The notes under the pieces were generated by a model that was given only the letters and a program-made list of their open reading frames with translations, made no database searches and was not told the DNA's origin. The translations under genes were made by a program, and so were the position numbers. From Gammaproteobacteria bacterium (GTDB taxonomy: Bacteria > Pseudomonadota > Gammaproteobacteria > CAJXQU01), in the NCBI GenBank assembly GCA_965238175.1, contig CBDEGZ010000003.1, positions 1,280,001 to 1,344,000 of the forward strand: 64,000 nt of DNA, written 5' to 3'. This document shows, piece by piece, positions 28,991 to 38,422 of this stretch; position 1 is the stretch's first letter, and every line of letters starts with the position of its first letter.

Positions 28991-30310
28991 ATGCGGAGTA
29001 TACGAATGACTAAATCAGTACTTATAAAAGCATTATTACTTTCTTTGTTAGTGAGTTTTACTTCTGTACATGCAGCAGGGTCCACAGAACAAGCTCAGTC
29101 ACAAAATGTAGGTGGCAAGTCTAGTCTTCCCCTAGATGAAATCAGAACATTTACTGAAGTTTTCCAAAAAATCAAAGACGATTACGTCGAAGAAGTTGAT
29201 GAGAAAACACTGTTGAAAAATGCCATAAAGGGCATGCTGGCAGGGCTTGATCCGCATTCAAACTATCTTGATACCAAGGCTTATGAAGGTCTGCAAGAAG
29301 GAACGACGGGCGAGTTTGGTGGGTTAGGGATAGAAGTTGGGATGGAGAATGGCTACGTTAAAGTGATTTCACCCATCGATGATACGCCAGCTTATCGTGC
29401 CGGACTGCAAGCCGGTGATCTGATCATTAAGATGGACAACGCGCCGGTTAAAGGTATGGATCTCAATGATGCGATCAAGTTGATGCGCGGCAAAGTGGGA
29501 ACCAAAATCAATTTAACGATTGTAAGAGAAGGAACAAATGGTCCTTTCGACGTGATTGTCATCAGAGATATTATTACCGTTAAAAGTGTTAGAAGTAGAA
29601 CATTAGAAGACGAATTTGGTTATGTGAGGATCTCAAGTTTTCAATCACACACAGGTGATGATTTGATTAAAGCTTTGGAAAAATTGAAAAAAGAAAATGG
29701 AAATAAATTAAAAGGAATTGTGCTAGATCTGCGTAATAATCCTGGTGGATTATTAGGCGCAGCAGTTTCGGTCTCAGATAGCTTTTTAACCAATGGTTTG
29801 ATCGTATATACACAAGGTCGTTTAGAGAATTCGGAACTTCGATTTAATGCAAAACCATCTGCTATCCTAGGTGAGACACCGTTGGTAGTGTTAGTGAATG
29901 GTGGTTCAGCATCAGCTTCGGAAATTGTGGCAGGTGCTTTGCAAGATCATCGACGTGCTGTGATTATGGGTTCGCCTACTTTTGGTAAAGGTTCTGTTCA
30001 AACAGTTCTGCCAATGAAAAATGACACTGCAGTAAAACTGACTACTGCTCGATATTACACACCATCAGGTCGATCGATTCAGGCGGAAGGAATTCAGCCA
30101 GATGTTGTGATTGAGCGTTTGCGTCTCGAAGAAGTATCCGGCCCAAATTTACAGATAAAAGAAAAAGATCTTACAGGTCATCTTACACAAGGTGATAATG
30201 AAGGTGAACAAAAAACGATGAAAGAGAAAAAGCAATCTTTGGCTAAAGAAGATTATGAATTATATGAAGCTTTAAACATGTTAAAAGGTCTAGCCTTATT
30301 GAAAAAATGA
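28991..30310 (+). CDS. ctpA: Carboxy-terminal processing protease, S41 family
   Basis: LDPHS, PDZ, DLRNNPGG, SASASEIVAGALQD, FGKGSVQ. Confidence 0.93.
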   Translation: MRSIRMTKSVLIKALLLSLLVSFTSVHAAGSTEQAQSQNVGGKSSLPLDEIRTFTEVFQKIKDDYVEEVDEKTLLKNAIKGMLAGLDPHSNYLDTKAYEGLQEGTTGEFGGLGIEVGMENGYVKVISPIDDTPAYRAGLQAGDLIIKMDNAPVKGMDLNDAIKLMRGKVGTKINLTIVREGTNGPFDVIVIRDIITVKSVRSRTLEDEFGYVRISSFQSHTGDDLIKALEKLKKENGNKLKGIVLDLRNNPGGLLGAAVSVSDSFLTNGLIVYTQGRLENSELRFNAKPSAILGETPLVVLVNGGSASASEIVAGALQDHRRAVIMGSPTFGKGSVQTVLPMKNDTAVKLTTARYYTPSGRSIQAEGIQPDVVIERLRLEEVSGPNLQIKEKDLTGHLTQGDNEGEQKTMKEKKQSLAKEDYELYEALNMLKGLALLKK

Positions 30311-31110
30311 ATCGATTTTTATCAAGAATACTTTTTAGCCTGATCTTCGGATCAGGCTTTTTTATAAGTGCAGAGTTATTTGCAGAGGAACCTGTGATTG
30401 CGATAATCATTGATGATATTGGCTGGCGAAAACAGGATGATTTACGTGCATTGGAACTTCCTGGTGCGGTAACTTACTCAGTACTTCCACAAACGTCGAA
30501 TACAGCTTTTATGTCTGAAAAAGCACGTGAAAAAGGTAAGGAAATTATGTTACATATTCCGATGGAAGCAAATAAAGATAATCATTTATTAGGTCCTGGT
30601 GCTTTGACTTCGGATATGAGTAAAGAGGAATTTATTGCAACGCTAGAAACGAATTTTCAATCCGTACCTGATGCGATCGGGATTAATAATCATATGGGCA
30701 GTTTGTTAACCAATCACAAACTTTCCATGCATAGATTAATGAATGCGATGAAGCGTCCAAACACACCTTTTTTCGTTGATAGTAAAACCACAGGATCTAC
30801 TTTGGCTGGTGATGTTGCCGAAATATATGGCATTGCAAGTACGAGAAGAGATGTATTTCTCGATAATGAAAAAGATGAAAAAAGTATTCGTGATCAGTTT
30901 CAAAAACTGGTGAAAATTGCTAAGCAAAAAGGTTCTGCTTTGGCGATTGCACATCCTCATAAAGAAACAACAGAAGCATTAAAAACATTATTAACTGATC
31001 TGAAAAGTTTTGGTGTTAAATTAATCCCAATGTCAGAATTTATGCATTATAGAGATGCAAAGAACTATGAATGGCATGAATCATCTCCGTTAACAAAGAT
31101 AAAGAATTGA
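30307..31110 (+). CDS. Divergent polysaccharide deacetylase (YibQ family)
   Basis: IIIDDIG, LHIPME, INNHMGS, FVDSKT, RDVFLD, IAHPH. Confidence 0.92.
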   Translation: MNRFLSRILFSLIFGSGFFISAELFAEEPVIAIIIDDIGWRKQDDLRALELPGAVTYSVLPQTSNTAFMSEKAREKGKEIMLHIPMEANKDNHLLGPGALTSDMSKEEFIATLETNFQSVPDAIGINNHMGSLLTNHKLSMHRLMNAMKRPNTPFFVDSKTTGSTLAGDVAEIYGIASTRRDVFLDNEKDEKSIRDQFQKLVKIAKQKGSALAIAHPHKETTEALKTLLTDLKSFGVKLIPMSEFMHYRDAKNYEWHESSPLTKIKN

Positions 31111-31140
31111 TCGTTTGGATATGTTTAAAGTGGGCGCTGA

Positions 31141-31731
31141 TTGATATTGCTTGCAGATGAAGGAAAAGAGTTATTTTTAGTAGAAGGTAAATCTGCAGGA
31201 AGTACGTTACGACGAGTAATTGAATATTATAATCAGAAGAGTGTTCAAGAAGTTCTAGCTTTGCAGGGTAAGCTGATTAATGTACCTAAAGCTTCGCCAG
31301 AAAAAGTAGTTGTAGATTTAGAGTGTAAAAAGATCATTGAAATACTTTCATGTGGTGTGAAAGATAGTTGTCATCCTGAAAAAATAAAATACTCTTGTAT
31401 TTTGATCTTATCTGATCCAGATTTAGATGGTACTCATTCACGCGCTTTGCTTCTAACACTGTTTAATATTTACTTTCGACCCTTGGTCGATGTTGGGTTG
31501 ATTTCAGTTATTATTCCACCACTTTTCCGTCTTACTCTAAAGCCGGCACTAAGTAAATCAGAAGAGCACTATCATTATGCGTGGAATGAGCAAGAACGTG
31601 ATCAAATAAAAAAAGATAGTGAGGGTATAGTTTCAGTTACGCGGTTTAAGGGTATCGCACAGTTTTCGCAACAAGAATGTTTACGATTATTTTTGGATCC
31701 TGAGACGCGAAAGAAAATTAATTTAAGCTGA
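31141..31731 (+). CDS. Stand-alone GyrB/ParE-type TOPRIM domain protein
   Basis: ELFLVEGKSAG, LQGKLINV, ILSDPDLDGTH, PPLF, RFKG, LDPETR; no ATPase domain; start uncertain. Confidence 0.8.
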   Translation: MILLADEGKELFLVEGKSAGSTLRRVIEYYNQKSVQEVLALQGKLINVPKASPEKVVVDLECKKIIEILSCGVKDSCHPEKIKYSCILILSDPDLDGTHSRALLLTLFNIYFRPLVDVGLISVIIPPLFRLTLKPALSKSEEHYHYAWNEQERDQIKKDSEGIVSVTRFKGIAQFSQQECLRLFLDPETRKKINLS

Positions 31732-31822
31732 AAATCAAAAAAACAGAACATAATAAAAATAGAATGGAGAAAAAATAATTAAAAAACTCTCTCAAAAATC
31801 ATTTGTATTATTAGCTGGAATC

Positions 31823-32971
31823 ATGAGTCTTATCTTAACGATGGGCATAGCGCGTTTTTCTTATACGCCGCTGATACCTGTGATGCTAGAACAAACTTTG
31901 CTTTCAGATTTTAGTGCAGGGTTACTCGCTATGTTTAATTATCTTGGTTATTTCTGTGGCGTGCTGATTGTCGCGTCAGTGAGTGATCTTGTGTTCAAAG
32001 ATCGGTTGTATAGAATTGGACTCATCATTGCGGTTGTCACAACCTTTGGAATGGCTATCGCTGAAAACATGATCGTCTGGTCTGTAATGCGTTTTCTAGC
32101 TGGTTTTAGTAGTGCTGCAGGATTGATGATTGGTTCGGGTCTGATTCTAAATTGGTTAATGCGCCATAACTATCGTAGTGAACTTGGCGTGCATTTTATG
32201 GGAATTGGACTTGGGATTGCTATCACCGCAATAGCTGTCGATTTGATGATCGGAAATCTCGGTTGGCGTAGCCAATGGATGATTTTCAGCATTATTGGAG
32301 TTCTACTTGCGATTCCTGCATGGTGTTGGTTGCCACGACCAGAGAATGGATTGGTAACATTAACCGGAGAAAAACTGCAAGATAAACCACCTTCGAAACG
32401 TTTCACGCGTTTGATGCAATACGCCTATTTTTGTGCTGGTTTTGGTTATGTTATTAGTGCGACTTTTATTGTTGCGATTGTTGAACGACAACCAACTTTA
32501 TCGGGGCAAGGTGAATTTGTTTGGTTGATTTTGGGGTTGACGGCAATCCCAGCTGTCGTTATTTGGGATCGTGTCGCGAGAGTGACTGGAACGCTTGATG
32601 CTTTATTGATTTGCTACCTACTTCAAATAATTGGAATTGGCTTGCCATTGATAAATGATGGTTTAGAAGTGGTGCTCATTAGTGCAGTACTTTATGGTGC
32701 AACCTTTGTTGGGATTGTTAGTTTAGTCTTAACAATAGCTGGAAAATTTTACCCAACTAAGCCTGCAAAATTAATGGCGAAAATGACGATTAGCTACGGT
32801 ATTGCACAAATCGCAGGTCCGTTTTTAGCTGGGTTGCTTGCAGAAAATAGTGGTCACTATCAAGGCGGATTAACGCTTGCCGTGATCATAATGATGATTG
32901 GAACTATGATCTTGCTTTTTGTTCGTTATGTAGAAAAAAATACTGTTGATGTGCTTGATGAAAAGAATTAA
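31823..32971 (+). CDS. YbfB/YjiJ-family MFS transporter
   Basis: LTMGIARFSYTP, NYLGY, GFGYVISATF; the frame stays open for about 20 codons upstream, so the start is uncertain. Confidence 0.85.
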   Translation: MSLILTMGIARFSYTPLIPVMLEQTLLSDFSAGLLAMFNYLGYFCGVLIVASVSDLVFKDRLYRIGLIIAVVTTFGMAIAENMIVWSVMRFLAGFSSAAGLMIGSGLILNWLMRHNYRSELGVHFMGIGLGIAITAIAVDLMIGNLGWRSQWMIFSIIGVLLAIPAWCWLPRPENGLVTLTGEKLQDKPPSKRFTRLMQYAYFCAGFGYVISATFIVAIVERQPTLSGQGEFVWLILGLTAIPAVVIWDRVARVTGTLDALLICYLLQIIGIGLPLINDGLEVVLISAVLYGATFVGIVSLVLTIAGKFYPTKPAKLMAKMTISYGIAQIAGPFLAGLLAENSGHYQGGLTLAVIIMMIGTMILLFVRYVEKNTVDVLDEKN

Positions 32972-33000
32972 ATTGAGTCTTAATAAATTAATCTTGTGAA

Positions 33001-34509
33001 TTAATTTAGCAACACATTTGTACCTGGACCTAAAGGCCAACCAAGATAAATCCAAAGCAAAAGTAGAACTGACCATCCAAGCAAAAATGCGATCGAATAA
33101 GGTAGCATCATCGCAATGATTGTCCCTATTCCGATATCTTTTTTATATTGTTGTGCAAAGGCGACAACAACACCAAAATAGGGCATTAAAGGGGTGATTA
33201 TGTTGGTACTACTGTCTCCAATTCTATAGGCGACTTGTGTTGCTTCAGGAGTGATACTCGAAAGCAGAAACATCGGGATAAATATGGGGGTGATTAACGC
33301 CCATTTTGCAGATGCGCTACCGATAAATAAATTAATGAATGCGGCCATAAGAATAAATGCAATAAGCAAAGAGGATGATTTTAGTTCGAGTGTAGAAAGC
33401 AGACTTGCACCGTTGATTGCAATGATAGAACCAAGATTACTCCAGGAAAAATAGCTGACAAATTGAGCGGCAAAAAACATCAACACTAAATAACTTGCCA
33501 TCGTTGCCATATGTTTTTCCATACCAACTACAAACTCACTTGTGTGTTTGTAGTGACCGCTGACTTTTCCAAAAAGTATGCCAGCAACTGCTGCGTAAAT
33601 AGCAATAATAGTCACAATGCCTTTGATAAAAGGAGAATGTAAAATACTCTGTGATACTTGATCACGAAGAACACCACTTTCGGGAATTAGAGCTAATAAC
33701 AATAAACCGATAAAAAGCAGCGTAAAGACACCAACTGCTTTAAGAGCAGACTTTTCTTTTGTAGGTAAATTTTCAAGAGTTGCTTTTGTAAGATCGGAAT
33801 TCATTTCTGATTTTGTCCAGCGTGGACTAACTACGTGTTCCGTAATCTAGGTTGCAATAATGGTGACAAAAAAAGTTGAAGCAAAAATAAAATAATAATT
33901 CCCTGCGGCACTAACCTGATAATCTGTTTGAATAAGTGAAGCTGCTTCTGTCGAAATACCTGCAAGAATTGCATCTAAAGGACCAATTAATAAATTTGCG
34001 CTATAGCCTCCTGAAACACCGGCAAACGCGGCAGCAATTCCAACGATGGGGTGTCGACCAACACTTTGAAATATAAGCGCTGCTAGTGGGATCAAAACCA
34101 CGTAACCAGTATCAGCAGCCAGACTGGATAAAACACCGGCAAGAACAATGGTAAAGGTTAATAATGTCTCTGGAGTTTTTAAAACAGTTGCACGGAGAAG
34201 CGCACTTAATAAGCCGGAATGTTCGGCAACACCAATACCCATGATAGCGACGAGTACTGTTCCAACAGGTGCAAACGTTACAAAATTTTTGACCGTCTCG
34301 GAGAGTATTCGATGCAATCCATCAAGGCTAATCAAATTGACAGTTTGGATTGTCTGTTTTGTTATTGGATGAACTGCATTAAGACCGAGAGCACTAAGAA
34401 TTGCAGATGCAAAAAGAATGATCCCACAGAGGATCAAAAATAAAACGGTTGGATGCGGAAGACGATTGCCAGCATTCTCAATAAAATCGAGTAGCGAAGC
34501 TAGTCTCAT
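33001..34509 (-). pseudogene. abgT: AbgT-family transporter split by one in-frame TAG
   Basis: GNRLPHP and YRIGDSSTNIITPL motifs; ORFs 34509-33847 and 33804-33001 share a frame; TAG at 33849-33847 in ...IIAT*ITEH... Confidence 0.88.
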
Positions 34510-34512
34510 GCT

Positions 34513-34980
34513 TTATGAATTTGTAATATTTTTTTCCATAAAAAACATATTACCCTGATAGCCGAAGTTTTCATAAGCTTGTCTTGCGATCTTATTATGT
34601 TGCAATACTTCCAGTGTCATTTTGCAACAGCCTCGTTCTTTTGCTAAAGCTTCAATAGCTAAAAACAGTTTTCTCGATAAGCCTTTTCCTCGGTACCCAT
34701 TTATAACATAAACATCGTGTATATTCATGATCGGTTTACATTGAAAAGTAGAAAAATTTTCTATCGCGTTTAACAAACCGACGGGTTTATTTTCATCAAA
34801 TGCTAAAAAAGAAAAAAAGTCTGGACGATTTTTGATCGAAGCTACAAGATTATTTTTGGTATAAGTCGATAATTCTTTACTGCCACCCATTTGATCCATC
34901 GCATATTCATTTAGCAATAAAACCAGCGATTCGGCAAGTGAAGAATTATCTAGATCACTTGCAATTACCTGAATCGACAT
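34513..34980 (-). CDS. GNAT acetyltransferase
   Basis: YAMDQMGG, NIHDVYV...YRGKGLS, GCCKMTLEVL..N..A...Y..FG. Confidence 0.9.
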   Translation of the reverse strand: MSIQVIASDLDNSSLAESLVLLLNEYAMDQMGGSKELSTYTKNNLVASIKNRPDFFSFLAFDENKPVGLLNAIENFSTFQCKPIMNIHDVYVINGYRGKGLSRKLFLAIEALAKERGCCKMTLEVLQHNKIARQAYENFGYQGNMFFMEKNITNS

Positions 34981-34981
34981 A

Positions 34982-35617
34982 TTAATTATCCGTGTACAAA
35001 TTTCTGCGTCGACAAAATGAAACCAGAATATAACGCGTACCTTTGGTTGTTGGTCTGCCACCGTGAGGGTGTGTGATGCAAGGAAAGAGGGAACAATAAC
35101 CCCCTTTAGGGTTGGCTAATATTTGTTGCCGCGAAAACCAGGTTCCACCACCCTCAAATTCTGTATTAAGACCAACTGTAAAAGTGTAATCAGCATAATC
35201 CTGATGAATGGATAGAAGTTGCTGATCTTCAGAACGGTAACGTGCCATAAAACTTTCTTCCATCATCATTTCACGCCAGCGTTGTCCTTCTAAACGCCAT
35301 AGTTTTCTAGCTAAAGGATGGCAAAATTCTTCCAGTACCTTGTGGTACATTTCGTCTAGACCTAACTCTGTGAGCAGAACATCAGTAGTAGGGTAAAACT
35401 CATGTCTTTTGGTGGTCCAGAGATTACCTTCTTCGACCTTAGCAATAATCTCTTCGCAAAAAGCATCAGTAAATAAAGGAAAGTGATAAATTTCTGGCCC
35501 AAGCTCTTCAACCATCAATTCATATTCTTGTGTTCTTGTACCAGGTGCAATGTATTTTTCACTCCAAGCTTTCCAGTTGTCTCCCCACGAGGCGAGAGTA
35601 ATATTTTCCATAATCAT
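34982..35617 (-). CDS. 2OG-Fe(II) dioxygenase resembling the procollagen lysyl hydroxylase (PLOD) catalytic domain
   Basis: FPLFT..FCEE, YPTTD, RY...Q..L..HQD, FEGGGT.F, THPHGG.PTTKGTRYILVSF. Confidence 0.82.
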   Translation of the reverse strand: MIMENITLASWGDNWKAWSEKYIAPGTRTQEYELMVEELGPEIYHFPLFTDAFCEEIIAKVEEGNLWTTKRHEFYPTTDVLLTELGLDEMYHKVLEEFCHPLARKLWRLEGQRWREMMMEESFMARYRSEDQQLLSIHQDYADYTFTVGLNTEFEGGGTWFSRQQILANPKGGYCSLFPCITHPHGGRPTTKGTRYILVSFCRRRNLYTDN

Positions 35618-35858
35618 GTCTTCCGTGACTTATTAACATATTCAATAAAAACTCTATCGTAGTTGAAAGTTAGTTTCAATATTATGTCTCTGTCCTCGTT
35701 GCTTTGTGTCTTATTGTTTTCAAGAAGATAACATTTTATTACATTGATCGGCAAAAGCTCGGTAGATAAGCTTCAATGACGCTTATTTAGTATTCATTTA
35801 GTTAACGGGTGATAGCGTCAATATTGTGTTAATAAGAATATGCTGAGGGAGGTATAAA

Positions 35859-36845
35859 ATGACAGATCTAATAAGTAAAATAACGGGTTTTTTAGGCGAA
35901 GCAGGTTCAGGTGCGCTTGGGCATGCACTCATAGGGTTAGCAATTCTCATTGTTGGTCTAATTGTTGTTAAGTTCATCACCGAAATTTTTCGGTGCTTAT
36001 TATCAAGCTCTTCTTTTCTAAAACACACAACAGATGATGGAATGGTAACTGACTTCACCGGCCCAATCTCATCACTTATCAAAGCAATATTGACAATTTT
36101 TGTACTGATGGCTGTACTACAACATTTTGGTTTTACAGATGTGCTTGATCCATTAAAAGCAATGTTAGAGCAGTTTATGGGTGCAATACCAAATATGATC
36201 GGCGCTGGCGTAATTGCTTATGCTGGTTGGATTATCGCTAAGATTGTTTCGCAATTTGTTGGCGTTGGGTTGACTAAAATTGGTGATCAAATTGCAGAAC
36301 GAACGGGCAATTCTGATCTAAAAATATCATCCTTTGGTAGTGCTTTTATTTTCGGTGGTATTTTATTACCGATAATTGTCAGCGCGCTTGGTGTGCTAGA
36401 TATTCTTGCTATTTCTGAGCCTGCATCCGCAATGATCGAAAAATTGATGGTGGTAGTACCGAATATGATTGGTGCTGCAGTAATTTTATTAGTCGCCTAT
36501 TTTGTTGCAAAGTTTGTCGTATATATGTTGTCGGGTTTACTCGAAGGCATGGATATTAATTCGGTACCTGAAAAAATGGGCATCGCAGGAATGTTCAGTG
36601 AGAGCTTCACACCAACTAAATTGATTGGTGGATCAATCATGTTCTTTTCAATGCTGACAGCTTCAACAGCCGCGGTTAATGTTCTGGAAATTGACGTGAT
36701 TTCAAATAACTTCAGTAAAGTACTAGAATTTGGTGGGATATTGGTAGGCGGTGTGATCTTGATAGTAGGGAATTTCCTAAGCTCAATGGCACATCAAAAA
36801 TTGACTGCGTCTGGTAACGCCGGTCTAGCCAACATTAATTTTTAA
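35859..36845 (+). CDS. CmpX/MscS-associated conserved TM-helix repeat protein, probably C-terminally truncated
   Basis: Repeated P..IGA..I...AY..AK.V helices; abrupt end. Confidence 0.65.
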   Translation: MTDLISKITGFLGEAGSGALGHALIGLAILIVGLIVVKFITEIFRCLLSSSSFLKHTTDDGMVTDFTGPISSLIKAILTIFVLMAVLQHFGFTDVLDPLKAMLEQFMGAIPNMIGAGVIAYAGWIIAKIVSQFVGVGLTKIGDQIAERTGNSDLKISSFGSAFIFGGILLPIIVSALGVLDILAISEPASAMIEKLMVVVPNMIGAAVILLVAYFVAKFVVYMLSGLLEGMDINSVPEKMGIAGMFSESFTPTKLIGGSIMFFSMLTASTAAVNVLEIDVISNNFSKVLEFGGILVGGVILIVGNFLSSMAHQKLTASGNAGLANINF

Positions 36846-36869
36846 CTCAATTCGCCAAGACGGAAGAAA

Positions 36870-37490
36870 ATGAAAAGTACACTCTACTATATTCTTGATC
36901 CAATGTGTTCGTGGTGTTGGGGCTTTCGGCCAGTTTTTTCTGCGCTATTGGATCTATTACCCGAGCAGTTCGAAGTCAAATACATCATGGGTGGTCTCGC
37001 TCCAGATTCTGATCAGGCAATGCCTGACGAAACCAGAACTTATATCCAAAAGCAATGGCGTTTAGTGGCCGATAAAACAGATGCAGAATTTAATTGGGAT
37101 TTCTGGACAGAATGCATACCGAGCCGTTCCACATATCCAGCTTGTCGCGCTGTTATTACTGCAGGACTACAAGGAAAAGAAAATATTCCAAAAATGATTG
37201 AAGCGATTCAGCAAGCTTATTACTTGGAAGCGAGAAATCCATCTGATTTCAGTACACTAATCACCTTAGCTGATAAACTTAATCTTGATAGTGATAGATT
37301 TAAGCAAGATATCGTATCTTCAAAAATAGAACAGTTGCTTCAGCAAGATTTTGCAACACGCAGACTGTTCGCAGTGAATAGTTTTCCTACCGTATTACTT
37401 AAACAAGAAAAGAATCTGTCCTTTGTGGCTCAAGGAGATGACTCCTTGGAAAATATAATAAGAAGGCTACAGGCACAGTCTTTGCTTTGA
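36870..37490 (+). CDS. DsbA/FrnE-like thioredoxin-fold protein
   Basis: DPMCSWCWGF, RSTYPACRAV, FPT. Confidence 0.9.
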   Translation: MKSTLYYILDPMCSWCWGFRPVFSALLDLLPEQFEVKYIMGGLAPDSDQAMPDETRTYIQKQWRLVADKTDAEFNWDFWTECIPSRSTYPACRAVITAGLQGKENIPKMIEAIQQAYYLEARNPSDFSTLITLADKLNLDSDRFKQDIVSSKIEQLLQQDFATRRLFAVNSFPTVLLKQEKNLSFVAQGDDSLENIIRRLQAQSLL

Positions 37491-37519
37491 TATACCATAC
37501 AAAAAAAAGGAATAACAAA

Positions 37520-38320
37520 ATGAGTCTAGAAATAAGCGATCTGTCGATCTTGCTGATTGAACCATCAGATGTTCAATTCAAGCTGATAAAAAATCATCTT
37601 GAACTTGATGGAATTAATAAGATCACTCATGCGTCCACGGGTGAAAAAGCACTTATTGAAATGCGTCGATATGAACCTGATCTGGTTATCAGTAGTATGT
37701 ATTTACCCGATCTTACGGCGATTGATTTGGTGACGGTGATGCGTAACGATGAGAACTTAGTTCATATTCCTTTCATGCTAATCTCAAGTGAGACAAAGTT
37801 TGAACACACAGAGCCAGTTCGTCAGGCAGGTGTGGTTGCAATTCTTCCTAAACCCTTTGATCATGACGATCTCAGTCGAGCCCTGCACTCTTCATTAGAA
37901 TATATTGATTCGGAAATCATTGAGTTAGATAGCTTAGATGTTGAAAATATTAAAGTATTAGTGGTTGACGATAGCTCAGCTTCACGTAAACATATTTCAC
38001 GTGTCCTGAATAATTTAGGGATCGCAAAAATAACACTTGCAGAAGATGGTAAAGATGCCATTGAACGATTATCCGAACTAGAATTTGATCTGGTTGTCAC
38101 AGATCTAAACATGCCAGAAATGGATGGTCAGGAGCTAGTCCAATACATTCGGAACGAAATGCAAGACACACTTATGCCAATATTGATGGTCACCAGCGAA
38201 CATGATGAATCGAGGTTGGCCAATGTTCAACAATCTGGTGTTACTGCGATCTTTGACAAACCATTTGATCCATTTAGTATTAAAGAAGTTCTATACCGCG
38301 TTTTTGAAGATGTCGCTTAA
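37520..38320 (+). CDS. Tandem receiver-domain protein
   Basis: REC2 canonical (VVDDS, TDLNMPEMDG, KPF); REC1 has IEPS and VISS, lacking the phospho-Asp. Confidence 0.88.
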   Translation: MSLEISDLSILLIEPSDVQFKLIKNHLELDGINKITHASTGEKALIEMRRYEPDLVISSMYLPDLTAIDLVTVMRNDENLVHIPFMLISSETKFEHTEPVRQAGVVAILPKPFDHDDLSRALHSSLEYIDSEIIELDSLDVENIKVLVVDDSSASRKHISRVLNNLGIAKITLAEDGKDAIERLSELEFDLVVTDLNMPEMDGQELVQYIRNEMQDTLMPILMVTSEHDESRLANVQQSGVTAIFDKPFDPFSIKEVLYRVFEDVA

Positions 38321-38422
38321 CGCAGCAAAACCAGGTTCACTTTAGAAGACTCCATGGAAGGCTTACTAAAAAAGCATACTTCAACAAAGTAAGCTTACAA
38401 CTGCCTTATCGAGGAGATATAT

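Noticed and set aside
33847-33849. Amber recoding suggested by in-frame TAGs here and at 9739
   Set aside because: rnfH, aceF, pepN and proB end normally at TAG, and other pseudogenes break at TAA, TGA or frameshifts
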